From an uncultured Nitrososphaerota archaeon (GTDB lineage: Archaea > Thermoproteota > Nitrososphaeria > Nitrososphaerales > Gagatemarchaeaceae), in contig CAVRAG010000008.1 of NCBI GenBank assembly GCA_963718895.1, positions 1,376,001 to 1,440,000 on the forward strand: 64,000 nt of DNA, given 5' to 3'. Position numbers and translations under genes: made by a program. Below, one piece after another: positions 1-9,234 of this stretch. The notes under the pieces are model-generated. The model worked only from the letters and a program-made list of their open reading frames with translations, did no database searches and was not told the origin of the DNA. How positions within the stretch are numbered: the stretch's first letter is position 1; the number at the start of each line of letters is the position of its first letter.

Positions 1-940
1 GGGCGAGCTGGTAGTTCATGTCAGCGCCTGTTATCCCCAGGTATGGGTGCGCGCTGTACGTGCCAGTGCTGATCAGGGAAGGAAGCTCCCGGAGAATCGT
101 GCTCGATGGTATCGCGAACCCCAGACCCTGGGACCCGTTCACGACGGCTGTGGTAATGCCGATGATGCTCCCGCTGCTATCCAGGAGTGGACCTCCGGAG
201 TTCCCGGGGTTTATCGGAGCGCTGAACTGTATCACACCAGAGATCGAGAAGTTGCCGGTCGTCGCCTCCTGGATTGTCCTCCCCAGCTGGCTGACGATGC
301 CGAAGGTCATCGAGTTTGCGAGTCCGTACGGATTCCCTATGACCACCACCGGCTCGCCGACGACGACACCCGAAGACGGGATGATCTGCAGCGGCGTGTA
401 CTCGCTCGCCGGGGCGGTCGAGACGCTCACGACGGCGAGGTCGCTGTACGGGTCGGTGCCCACGACCTTGAGCGGATAGGCGTTGCCGTCGGAGAACGTC
501 ACGGTCATGTTGGTGAACCCGTTCACGACGTGGTAGTTCGTCACGATGTAGAAGCTGCCGGAATATGAGACGACGAAACCCGACCCGAGGACCGTCTCGA
601 CCGAGGACTGCGGACCGAAGTATGTGTTAGTGGTCACGATGGCGCTCCCTTGGATTGTGACGATGCTTCTGTTGTCCGCGGCGTAGATCTGCTCGGGATT
701 GATCCCCGAGATAGACGCGTTCCCCGTCGTGGTTCCCAGCGATGCTAACTGCGACGCGAGCGCGCTGTTAGTGCTCTGTAGGCTCGCGATGGAACTCTGG
801 AGGGAGGTGATCGTCGAGCCGCTCGCGCCCGGCGTCCGTCCGAGTCCGCTGAGGTAGACGAGTCCTGAGCCTAGGACGAGAATCAAGACGACCCCTGCAA
901 TCAGCTTCATGCGGCCGTGGCCTTCTTTCTCGGTGAGCAT
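1..940 (-). CDS. htrA: Membrane-anchored trypsin-like serine protease (HtrA/DegP family), 3' end runs off the window
   Basis: Not in the ORF track; translated by hand. N-terminal TM (MKLIAGVVLILVLGSGLVYL), LGSGFVV, VTNYHVV, IQFSAPINPGNSGGPLL (catalytic Ser), QGLGFAIP, HPYLGI start of the PDZ region. Alternative start at 910. Confidence 0.92.
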   Translation of the reverse strand, partial: MLTEKEGHGRMKLIAGVVLILVLGSGLVYLSGLGRTPGASGSTITSLQSSIASLQSTNSALASQLASLGTTTGNASISGINPEQIYAADNRSIVTIQGSAIVTTNTYFGPQSSVETVLGSGFVVSYSGSFYIVTNYHVVNGFTNMTVTFSDGNAYPLKVVGTDPYSDLAVVSVSTAPASEYTPLQIIPSSGVVVGEPVVVIGNPYGLANSMTFGIVSQLGRTIQEATTGNFSISGVIQFSAPINPGNSGGPLLDSSGSIIGITTAVVNGSQGLGFAIPSSTILRELPSLISTGTYSAHPYLGITGADMNYQLA

Positions 941-1116
941 TTCCAGCCGAATTCCGGCATCAGTTCCTATTTAGCGGATTTCCGGAATCCTTCCCTAATC
1001 GTTAGAGAATCTCCTCCAGAACAAGCTGATGCGCGTCCTCGACACTCCCGAAACGGGCTCCTGAGACATCCGCCCGTGGGGGCGCAAGGACCTCGCCGTG
1101 GTTGACGAAGCGGTTC

Positions 1117-1572
1117 CTATTTCCCGGTCTTGCCCAGGACCTTGTCCACCAGGGACTTCTTGTATCCGTGCTGCAGCAAACCCGCCTCCATCGTCCTCCT
1201 GTAGAGCTCAGGTGGGGGGCGCTCCTTGGTCGTCGAGTTCCACGTGAAGGCCTTGGCGCGGGAGATTTCGTTTCCGTCCTCCAGTTCTACCCTTATCTCC
1301 ACGGGCTGGACACGCTCGCGCTTCTGGAGTCTCAAGAACTGTTCCTCCGTGAGGAGATAGACCACGCCGTACACGGTGTCCTCAAACTTGCCCGTCTCCA
1401 GGAGGTTGGCTGTGTTCCCCTGCCATTCTGCGGAGAAGACGTTGAACGCCAGCCGATAGTTTCTCGCGAGAGCCCTCTTCGAGAGGTGCCATTCTCCTAC
1501 CCGGCTGTTCATCTGGTCGGGGTTCAGGTTCGAACCGTAGGCGAAGTACCAGACTCTGTTCGAGAGGGACAA
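1117..1572 (-). CDS. Gamma-glutamylcyclotransferase (GGCT/AIG2-like)
   Basis: WYFAYGSNL, VYGVVYLL and Y..TMEAGLLQHG motifs. Confidence 0.88.
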   Translation of the reverse strand: MSLSNRVWYFAYGSNLNPDQMNSRVGEWHLSKRALARNYRLAFNVFSAEWQGNTANLLETGKFEDTVYGVVYLLTEEQFLRLQKRERVQPVEIRVELEDGNEISRAKAFTWNSTTKERPPPELYRRTMEAGLLQHGYKKSLVDKVLGKTGK

Positions 1573-1665
1573 TCCGGAGCAAGCCGTCGCGTTCTCAGGC
1601 TTTAAGGTGATGGCCTCTCTCCGCCAGAACCCCGGTGCAGAACCTCGGACAGCGGATAAAAATCG

Positions 1666-2205
1666 GTGGCGACTGGCAGTGCAGATTATCTACCCCTTGC
1701 GGGTCAGTCACCTCGATTGATTGAGATAAAGAAGCTCCCGGCCAGCAGGTGGAAGGACTACAGAGACCTGAGACTGGAGGCTCTCAGGAGCGATCCGCCG
1801 GCTTTCGGAAGCTCCTATGATGAAGAAGAGCTCCTCGCCGAAGTCGAATGGAAGAGGCGAATGGAGAACGTCCTGTTCGCCCTATCGGAAGGCAAGCCCG
1901 TAGGAATGAACGTCTACGTCTTCGGTGAACGGTTGAGGACGAGACATGTCGCAAACATCTACGGGGTCTACGTCACCGCGGGTCATCGGGGCGAAGGCGT
2001 TGGCACAAGGCTGCTGGAGCGCGCTCTGCGGTTGATTCAGAAGAACAAGGAGATTGTCAAGGTCAAGCTTGCCGTGAATCCCGAACAGCTCGCGGCCGTG
2101 AAGATGTACGGGAGGGCGGGCTTCGTGATTGCGGGTAGGATGAGAAAGGAGGTGAAGATCGGCCGCCGTTACTACGACGCACTGGTCATGGAGAAACTAT
2201 CGTGA
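1666..2205 (+). CDS. GNAT N-acetyltransferase (true start probably ~1717)
   Basis: YRDLRLEAL..P.AFGSSY, VYV...HRGEGVG acetyl-CoA motif, N..A..MY.RAGF. Confidence 0.88.
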   Translation: MATGSADYLPLAGQSPRLIEIKKLPASRWKDYRDLRLEALRSDPPAFGSSYDEEELLAEVEWKRRMENVLFALSEGKPVGMNVYVFGERLRTRHVANIYGVYVTAGHRGEGVGTRLLERALRLIQKNKEIVKVKLAVNPEQLAAVKMYGRAGFVIAGRMRKEVKIGRRYYDALVMEKLS

Positions 2206-2225
2206 GACCGTCCCGGCTGGGGATC

Positions 2226-2753
2226 TCATCCCGGAGTCGGGTAGTGCCTGAAACTGGCCACGTACTTGTCGATAATCGCCCGCGCCGAGTCGCTGAGTTG
2301 GATGTTCATCCCTCTGTTCCAGTACTCCACGTACCTCACCTCGTGGTTGTCCGGCGTGGGTGCGCCTTCAGCCTCGATCAGGAAGACCTTGTGCAGGTTC
2401 CTTACCCTCCTGCCGTCCTTGGGATCGTCGTAGGAGAACAGGTAGTCGCACGACTTGGCCGTGAGCCCTATCTCTTCCTTCAATTCGCGCACTGCGGCGT
2501 CTCTCCTGCTCTCGCCCTTGAGCGCGCCTCCGCCAGGCAGCAGGAATCTCATCCGCTTGCCCGCAACGACCAGAATTCCTCTGGGGGTGTCGACTATGGC
2601 CGTTCCCCTCCTCCTGACTATTCTCCGCTTCCGCTTGAGCTCATAGGGCGTTCCGCAGTTGGGACAGGTTATCACCCGGGATGCGCCCGAAAGCTGTTCT
2701 GCGCCGAACGGACGGCCGCAAGCATTGCACTTCACGGACTTGAGCGCTATCAT
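2226..2753 (-). CDS. NUDIX hydrolase with N-terminal zinc ribbon
   Basis: CNAC...CPNCG ribbon, then LPGGGALKGESRRDAAVRELKEEIG Nudix box. Confidence 0.88.
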   Translation of the reverse strand: MIALKSVKCNACGRPFGAEQLSGASRVITCPNCGTPYELKRKRRIVRRRGTAIVDTPRGILVVAGKRMRFLLPGGGALKGESRRDAAVRELKEEIGLTAKSCDYLFSYDDPKDGRRVRNLHKVFLIEAEGAPTPDNHEVRYVEYWNRGMNIQLSDSARAIIDKYVASFRHYPTPG

Positions 2754-2943
2754 CCCAGCAGACCATTGGGAACGTGAAGTCAACTGGATTTAATCGTTCC
2801 GAGGCTCCGGAAGCGGGACGACGGTTCATCGGCATGTCTTCCGGGTCCAGGAACAACCAGATTCTCGTGACAGCTTAACGCCTTTTGGAGGAACCTAGTG
2901 GTCGAGGACACCGATTGAAATAGAGTGAAGCTCAGGGGGGTTC

Positions 2944-3450
2944 ATGGTGCCGCCCATCGTTAGCACAAGGAGTGCCGTCCCTGACGATTCTGGCTCGATT
3001 GCGACCATCTACAACCAGGGAATGCAAGACCGAACCGCCACCTTCGAGACAAGGCCAAGAGGGGCCTCCGAGATAGCGCGCTGGTTCGATGGCCGCCACC
3101 CTATCGTGGTCGCAGAGGCCGGGGGCGAGATCGTCGGCTTCGCGTCAACCCACACCTACAGGGACAGGGATTGCTACGCTGGCATCGCTGAGTTCTCGGT
3201 CTACGTCGAGCGGAGCGGAAGGGGAATGGGAACCGGGGCACTCCTGATGCGCGAACTGATATCCGAGAGCAGGAAGGCGGGCTTCTGGAAACTGGTCTCA
3301 AGGGTCTTCGTTGACAATGCGGCCAGCAGGGCTCTGCTCGGTTCCCTCGGTTTCCGCGAGGTCGGCGTCTACGAGAAGCATGGTCGTCTCGACGGTGTCT
3401 GGCGGGACGTGGTAATCGTCGAGTTACTCATTTCAGAGAATGTTGAATGA
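2944..3450 (+). CDS. Phosphinothricin/arsinothricin (Pat/ArsN1-like) N-acetyltransferase
   Basis: IYNQG..DRTATFET, YRDRDCYAGIAEFSVYV, GFWKLVSRVF, VGVYEKHGRLDGVWRDV. Confidence 0.85.
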   Translation: MVPPIVSTRSAVPDDSGSIATIYNQGMQDRTATFETRPRGASEIARWFDGRHPIVVAEAGGEIVGFASTHTYRDRDCYAGIAEFSVYVERSGRGMGTGALLMRELISESRKAGFWKLVSRVFVDNAASRALLGSLGFREVGVYEKHGRLDGVWRDVVIVELLISENVE

Positions 3451-3585
3451 TGGGGCATCTTCCACGGCGGGGTTGGGCTGCAGGCTACACTGGCCGTTAA
3501 GGGGAGCCTCGCAGGGTGGACGATTCGCCCCACATCAACTGTGGCAGCGGATCACTGGCCTGTCTCTATCTCCAATCTTCCTCGT

Positions 3586-4719
3586 CTAGGCCAGAATGCT
3601 CGTCAATCTCGCGGCGATGACCTCTTCTTCGCCGTCCCTCAGGCACTGCGGATTGATGTAGAGGTTCTCCCCGATGTGGTAGGCGACAATCTGTGGCTCT
3701 CCCGCCCGCAATTCCTGGACTATCTCCGAGGCCGTCTTGGGCCTTCCGCGCGTCTGTATCTCGACCCTCGGGGTTGTCGCTGGGCGGGGCTGTCGGCTGT
3801 CGAACTCCGGCACCAGCCTCCTTGCGGGATAGCTAGTGGCCGACACCGCCGAGAGGAGAAGATCGACCTTCCGTTCCCATCCTGCCATCCGCTGTCGGTG
3901 GTCCGTCACCTGAAGGTACCTCCTCAGGGCGACGGCGAACGCCAGAATGTCCTCCTTGGACGTCTTCATGGGCCTCCCGAGGTAGGTCTTGGTCCGAGGA
4001 CCGGCCATCTCATAGCTGTGGGGGCCAAGCCGCCTGGAGGTCCTGACAATGTCCCTCCTACCCAGTATCACACCGGTGTCGTTCGGCGCCCCGATGTCCT
4101 TCCCGCCTGAGAAGATAACGACGTCCGCCCCCATCTGCAAGTACTTCCGCAAGTTGTCAGGGGGAGGGAGCTCGGCGGCGGCGTCCACGATCACCGGAAT
4201 CTGGTACTCCCTGGCCACCCGGATGACGTCCCCGAGCGGGAGGACCCCGGGCTGGGGGTCATAGGCGAAGTAGACGACCGCGCAGGTCGCGTCCGCCATC
4301 GCACCCCTCAGATCCTCAGCGCTGCAGCCTTCGGCGGTGCCTATCTCGACGAGGCTTGCTCCTGCTATCTCGAGTGCATTGTCATACTGGTTGCGGTGCT
4401 GCTTCTGGATGACTATCTGGTTCCGCATGCCAGCCGTCCTGGGGAGCCTAGACATCGCGTCCGTGTCGCCCCTCGTGATGCATGCCCCCGCTGCCAGCGC
4501 GAGCCCTGCAGCTCCTCCGCAGGTGACGTAGGCGTCTTCGGCTCCGGTCAATCCAGCGACGAAGGCCCCCACCCTCTCATGGAGATTCGGCATGTCCAGA
4601 TAGACCTTGGAGGCCTCCCTGATGGCGTCCAGGACCTCATCGTCGAGTACGGAACCCCCGAGAACGGTGAGGGAACCTGTGGCGTTGATGACACCCTTGA
4701 TTCCTAGCTCCTCGAGCAT
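3586..4719 (-). CDS. SelA-like PLP-dependent enzyme (DgaE / D-glucosaminate-6-phosphate ammonia-lyase family)
   Basis: VINATGSLTVLGGS, IVDAAAE, FSGGK (PLP Lys), GRPMKTSKE. Confidence 0.85.
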   Translation of the reverse strand: MLEELGIKGVINATGSLTVLGGSVLDDEVLDAIREASKVYLDMPNLHERVGAFVAGLTGAEDAYVTCGGAAGLALAAGACITRGDTDAMSRLPRTAGMRNQIVIQKQHRNQYDNALEIAGASLVEIGTAEGCSAEDLRGAMADATCAVVYFAYDPQPGVLPLGDVIRVAREYQIPVIVDAAAELPPPDNLRKYLQMGADVVIFSGGKDIGAPNDTGVILGRRDIVRTSRRLGPHSYEMAGPRTKTYLGRPMKTSKEDILAFAVALRRYLQVTDHRQRMAGWERKVDLLLSAVSATSYPARRLVPEFDSRQPRPATTPRVEIQTRGRPKTASEIVQELRAGEPQIVAYHIGENLYINPQCLRDGEEEVIAARLTSILA

Positions 4720-4809
4720 CGTGTGAGACGCGGCGCTGCGGATATTAAGTGGTTGTACTGATAATCGTTCGCCAAAGACCCCGACGATGCTCTTGTCGAG
4801 GGTAGGGGT

Positions 4810-5682
4810 CTACCTCAGCCAGTCGCGCAATCTCTTCACTACGCTGAGCTTGTAGTCGTCGGTGCCTGACACATACGGGTATGCCACCGGTGAGTCCACG
4901 CCGGCTTCCCTGAACCTCTCCAGGAGCTCGCGCACCTGCCCCTGGGTCGGGTTGGACAACGAGATTTCCGAAACCTCGCCCCACGTGTCTGGGTCGGAGA
5001 CCTCTCGGCGGTTCCTGAAAGCCTCCAGAGAGCTGCTGATCCTCATCGCCTCGAACATCTTGTGGTATTGCGGGAGGGAGTCGTAGTTCACGAACTCGTC
5101 GGCCAGCATTCGGCGCGACTCGTTTTCATCCTCTGCGAAGAAGAGCTTGACATAGCAGGCAATTCTGAAGCCGTCCTTCTTCCTGCCCGCCACCCTCGAG
5201 ATGACGCTCGAGGCGTATCCGGGAGAACAGAAGTTGAGGAGGACGCCATCGGCGTTCTCAAACGCGGCCCGCACCATTCTGGGGCCGAGCGCGGCAAAGT
5301 AGACCGGCATCCGTGGGGTCTTCGGGTAACTGGCCCGCAGCCTCCTTGTGAGGTCAACCAGCTGGTCCACGGCAGCCCGCCCCACGAGGGGACCGGTGCC
5401 CACCCCGAGGATGAACCTGTCCTGGGAGCCCTGGCTCAGCGTGTCGCCGCGACTCGCAAGCTGGCCGAGGTCCTGCTCGTGCAGCCTTATCACGCCGGTG
5501 CCTGCGTTCAGTCTTCTGCTCGCGCCGAGTGCAAGACCGCACATGTCTAGGGCGTCGAAGCGCGCGCCAACCGAAGGAAACCACACTGCAGAGAAGGAGG
5601 AATCGAATTCCGGGACGATGCTGAGTATCAGGTGTGGGGGAAAGACCGTCGACCTGATGGCGATGCCTGCTTCTGCTTTCAC
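4810..5682 (-). CDS. LLM-class (luciferase-like, probably F420-dependent) oxidoreductase
   Basis: GTGVI, RFILGVGTG, PVYFAALGPRMVRAA...ADGVLLN, ERFREAGVD. Confidence 0.8.
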   Translation of the reverse strand: MKAEAGIAIRSTVFPPHLILSIVPEFDSSFSAVWFPSVGARFDALDMCGLALGASRRLNAGTGVIRLHEQDLGQLASRGDTLSQGSQDRFILGVGTGPLVGRAAVDQLVDLTRRLRASYPKTPRMPVYFAALGPRMVRAAFENADGVLLNFCSPGYASSVISRVAGRKKDGFRIACYVKLFFAEDENESRRMLADEFVNYDSLPQYHKMFEAMRISSSLEAFRNRREVSDPDTWGEVSEISLSNPTQGQVRELLERFREAGVDSPVAYPYVSGTDDYKLSVVKRLRDWLR

Positions 5683-5771
5683 GGGTGCGTTCGTTCGTAT
5701 CGCGTGTAAAAAACTGTCGGAGACGACCCCGCACTCGTCAAGCGGCCATCGTTGCCCAGCGCGCCATCCGC

Positions 5772-5942
5772 TCAGTCGTCTTCTTCGTCGTTTTCTGCTA
5801 CGATCTCCGTGACCTTGCGAATCCGCTTTATCCGCCCGGCTGGCTGAGTATCTGGCAACGCGTCCTTGACCGCGCTTCGACGAGGCTCTTCCACCGCGCC
5901 TTTCTTGCGTCTTGATCTGGGTCCTACGCGCGACACGCTCAT
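5772..5942 (-). CDS. Small hypothetical protein (56 aa; basic body, acidic tail)
   Basis: Hand translation MSVSRVGPRSRRKKGAVEEPRRSAVKDALPDTQPAGRIKRIRKVTEIVAENDEEDD*. TTAAAATAT box about 25 nt upstream on the minus strand. Confidence 0.55.
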   Translation of the reverse strand: MSVSRVGPRSRRKKGAVEEPRRSAVKDALPDTQPAGRIKRIRKVTEIVAENDEEDD

Positions 5943-6136
5943 GTTTACCGCCGATGGTCAGAGATATTTTAAGGCATAGATTCCCTATTCCGGGCCATCC
6001 AAGGAGAGGCGGTTTGAGCTAACGCGCCTCGTCAGAGGTCGAGGATTCGAACGGCCCGGTGACGGAATTCATGCGCGTCTAGGTCTACGCAAAGCAGATA
6101 ACGGTCTGGCGTAGATTGGTAGATGTAGCATAACAA

Positions 6137-7138
6137 TTGCAGAAGGCCTCATCGAGTTTGGTCGCGGAATCTGACAGGTCGCGTTCGGACGGCTGCAGGC
6201 TCGGGGTCTCGTACGGCAATGAATCGGAGCTCTATTCCTTCCCATATCCCCACCCGATGAACAAGTCAAGGATTGAGCCGTTCGCGGAGTGGCTTGGCTC
6301 TGCCAAGGGGATAGAGATAGTCAAGCCCGTCCCCTCGAGCGAGGAAGACCTCCTCCTCTTCCACACCCCCGAGTACGTGAGCTTCGTTAGGGAGTCATCC
6401 CGGTTCGGCGAGGGGTTCCTCGACCACGCTGACACCCCGTCCTTCAAGGGAGTCTATGAGGCCTCCCTGATTCCCGTGGGCAGCACCCTGGATGGGATGA
6501 GAATGGTCATCGAAGGCAGGCTGGACCACTTCTTCAACCCGGTCGGCGGCCTGCACCACGCCAGGGAAGGGAGAGCCGGAGGGTTCTGCGTCTTCAACGA
6601 CGCGGCCATAGCGATTCGGAAAGCCCTCTCGCTCCCAGAGATCAAGAGGGTCGCCTACGTCGACATCGACGCCCACCACGGGGACGGCGTATTCTACGGG
6701 TTCGAGTCGGAACCACGCGCAATCATAGCGGACATCCACGAAGACGGCCGCTTTCTGTATCCGGGCACCGGAGGGGCGAGCGAGAACGGGCGGGGAGAGG
6801 CCGCGGGGACGAAGCTGAACATCCCTCTCGAGCCCGGAGCTGGCGACCCTGAGTTCATCGAGGCGTTCAAGAAGGTCGAGGAGTTCGTAGGCAGCTTCAG
6901 GCCCGGTCTCATCCTCCTGCAGTGCGGGGCCGACGGATTAGGAGGGGATCCCCTCGCGCACCTGGAGTACTCGTCCGCGGCGCACGCGTACGCATCGAGC
7001 AGATTGCACCGCCTGGCCCACGAAGTGTGCGGCGGAAGGATCCTTGCCATGGGCGGAGGAGGGTACGACCCCGCCAACGTGAAGGCCGCCTGGTCGGCGG
7101 TTGTGGGTGCGCTATCAGTTCCGGGGAGACCGCGGTAG
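6137..7138 (+). CDS. Histone deacetylase / AcuC family deacylase
   Basis: PHPMN..R, GGLHHA, GGFCVFND, YVDIDAHHGDG, YPGTG, QCGADGLGGDPL, GGGGY. Confidence 0.95.
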   Translation: MQKASSSLVAESDRSRSDGCRLGVSYGNESELYSFPYPHPMNKSRIEPFAEWLGSAKGIEIVKPVPSSEEDLLLFHTPEYVSFVRESSRFGEGFLDHADTPSFKGVYEASLIPVGSTLDGMRMVIEGRLDHFFNPVGGLHHAREGRAGGFCVFNDAAIAIRKALSLPEIKRVAYVDIDAHHGDGVFYGFESEPRAIIADIHEDGRFLYPGTGGASENGRGEAAGTKLNIPLEPGAGDPEFIEAFKKVEEFVGSFRPGLILLQCGADGLGGDPLAHLEYSSAAHAYASSRLHRLAHEVCGGRILAMGGGGYDPANVKAAWSAVVGALSVPGRPR

Positions 7139-7147
7139 CCTCCCGGG

Positions 7148-7918
7148 TCAGCTGATCACTTTTCTGAACTGGTACAACGTCGCGGCGAAGGCGACGATCG
7201 CGATGACCCCAATCACGGTGTAACCTGAGATGAGGGTGCTCCAGGTCAGCCCGCCCTGGACCAGGGCCCGGGTCACGTCAGAGGCGTAGCTAACCGGGTT
7301 GTACATTGAGATGGTCTGCGCCCACGATGGGAAGAAATCGCTCGGGAACATCGCGCTGCTCACGAAGATGAGCGGGAAGAAGACCACGCTTCCTATCGCT
7401 GAGATGGTCTCGGTCTTCCTGGTCCTCATCCCAACGACGAGGAATATGCCAGACAGCGCCAACTCGAAGAACGCTACGGTCACGAGGATGAGCAGAACAC
7501 CCGGAAGCCCCGTGGCGATGGTCACGCCCATCGCGATGGCGACGGCCAGCGTGATTACCGACTGGCCCAGCACAACGATCACGTCAGTCAGCAGCCGGCC
7601 CAGCAGGATTGCAGACCTGCTGACCTGGGTCAAGAGCATCTTCGAGAGGAAACCCGAATTCAGGTCGTTCACGATCGAGACCCCCGCTAGGGTCGCTCCG
7701 GTCATCGCGTTTAGCACGACTATTCCAGGCGTGAGATAGGTGAGGTAGCTCCCTGAGACGCCGGGGAATATGCTGAGCTTCTGGAGAAGCTGTGAGAAGA
7801 GGAAGAGGAAGAGCAGGGGTGTGACGAGGTTAGTTGCCAGAAGGGTCGGGTTCCTGAAGAGCTTCGTCAGATATCTCTGCAGAAGTGATTCTACGTCGTA
7901 GAAGAGGGTCAAAGCCAT
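7148..7918 (-). CDS. ABC-2 type exporter permease (DrrB-like)
   Basis: Six TMs, YL.YLTPG, FPL.F.SSAMFP, NPVSYA; directly downstream of the ATPase. Confidence 0.92.
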   Translation of the reverse strand: MALTLFYDVESLLQRYLTKLFRNPTLLATNLVTPLLFLFLFSQLLQKLSIFPGVSGSYLTYLTPGIVVLNAMTGATLAGVSIVNDLNSGFLSKMLLTQVSRSAILLGRLLTDVIVVLGQSVITLAVAIAMGVTIATGLPGVLLILVTVAFFELALSGIFLVVGMRTRKTETISAIGSVVFFPLIFVSSAMFPSDFFPSWAQTISMYNPVSYASDVTRALVQGGLTWSTLISGYTVIGVIAIVAFAATLYQFRKVIS

Positions 7919-7922
7919 CGCC

Positions 7923-8919
7923 TCACATCAGGAAGGGCTCGCTTTCCTTCTTGCCCAGCTCCTCCGCCCTGATCCTCCTGCCCGTCTGACGAAGGAAGAT
8001 GTCATCGAGGGTCGGAGAGGAGATGCTGAGAGAGGCCGGGCGGATGCCGTTCTTGTCCAGCGTCGTGATGACATCGGCGATTATCTGACCCGCGTTCTTG
8101 GTGTAGGCAACAACGCCTTCCTCGGAGTCCACCACCCGGGTGATGCCCTGGACAGTGACCAGGATTTCCCTCGTCCTCGACCTCAGGATGGTGTCGGTCG
8201 CGTCCTTCAAAGCCAGGGTTATCGTGTCCCCTCCTACAGCCTGCTTGAGCTCAGAAGGCGACCCTCTCGCGATGATCTTGCCGTGGTCGATTATCGAGAG
8301 CTCTCTGCAGAGCCGGTCGGCCTCTTCCAAGTACTGGGTTGTCAGGAAGACCGTTACGCCCTGCTCCCTGTTAAGCTGGTCCAGGTAGTCCCATATCGCC
8401 GCCCGGGACTGGGTGTCCAGCCCTGTGGTAGGCTCGTCCAGGAAGAGCAGCTTGGGATTGTGAATCAGAGCCGAGGCCAGGTCCAGTCTCTTTCTCATTC
8501 CGCCCGAGTAGCGACCCGCGGGTTTGTCCGCGACGTCTTCGAGTTGCACCGTCTTCAACAGCTCCTCAACCCGCCCCTCGAGGACGCTCCCGTGGAGCTG
8601 CTGCAGACGTCCCTGGAGGCGCAGGTTCTCCTTTCCCGTGAGGTCGACGTCCAGCGTCGTCTCCTGGCTCAGGACGCCGATGGCCCTGCGGATCTCCCTG
8701 GTGGACTGGTCGAGGTCGAAACCGGCGACCGAGACCTTGCCTGAGGTCTTCCTGAGCAGGGTGGTCAGCGTCTTGATCGTGGTGCTCTTCCCCGCTCCGT
8801 TGGGACCCAGAAAGCCGAAGAACTCGCGCTCCCTCATACCGAACGAGGTGCCGTCGACGGCACGAGTGCCATCGGGATAGACTACGATGAGGATCCTCGA
8901 CCCTGATTATGTCTTCCAA
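7923..8919 (-). CDS. ABC exporter ATP-binding subunit (DrrA-like) with a +1 frameshift near 8891
   Basis: GPNGAGKST, YSGGMRKRL, LFLDEPT. The N-terminus MEDIIRVED (8919) joins LIVVYPDGTRAVDG only if one base is removed at GGATCC 8891-8896. Confidence 0.9.
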
Positions 8920-8955
8920 GCCACTTCTCGCCTCTGAGTACGCCCCAGAGGTGAG

Positions 8956-8990
8956 TTATTTAAACTTAGAGTGCTCTAATCTAATTAGAG
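8956..8990. promoter_or_regulatory. TATA box plus overlapping inverted repeats (putative operator) upstream of the ABC exporter
   Basis: TTATTTAAA (8956-8964) followed by TTAGAG-tg-CTCTAA and CTCTAAT-cta-ATTAGAG. Confidence 0.6.
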
Positions 8991-9234
8991 CCATCTACAT
9001 TATTACGAGTATTCTAAACCATCGAATGACGCTCGCGACCGGTTCCTGCCTCATCGCAAGCGTGGGCCTGGTCACGCGGGAATACCAAAAAGAGACTTGC
9101 GATTGGATAAGCGTTTGGGCGCGTGCGCGTCTCTCCTAGGGAGTTGGCTGACCGTGCGGTCGCACAAAGGGCCGGCTCCTGCCTTCTCTGCTAGCAGAAG
9201 TTATATTATTCACCGGCGAAATCTTCCGAGCGAC

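Noticed and set aside
976-990. Near-palindrome GGATTTCCGGAATCC upstream of htrA
   Set aside because: Single imperfect occurrence; not enough to call an operator.
3586-4719. SelA homologue plus the in-frame TGA at 35575 as evidence of selenocysteine
   Set aside because: The protein is the short DgaE-like type, archaea use SepSecS, and the TGA lies at a non-catalytic position in a gene with other lesions.
6030-6065. GTTCGAATCC on the minus strand, resembling a tRNA T-loop
   Set aside because: The flanks do not form a T stem and there is no acceptor stem or CCA.
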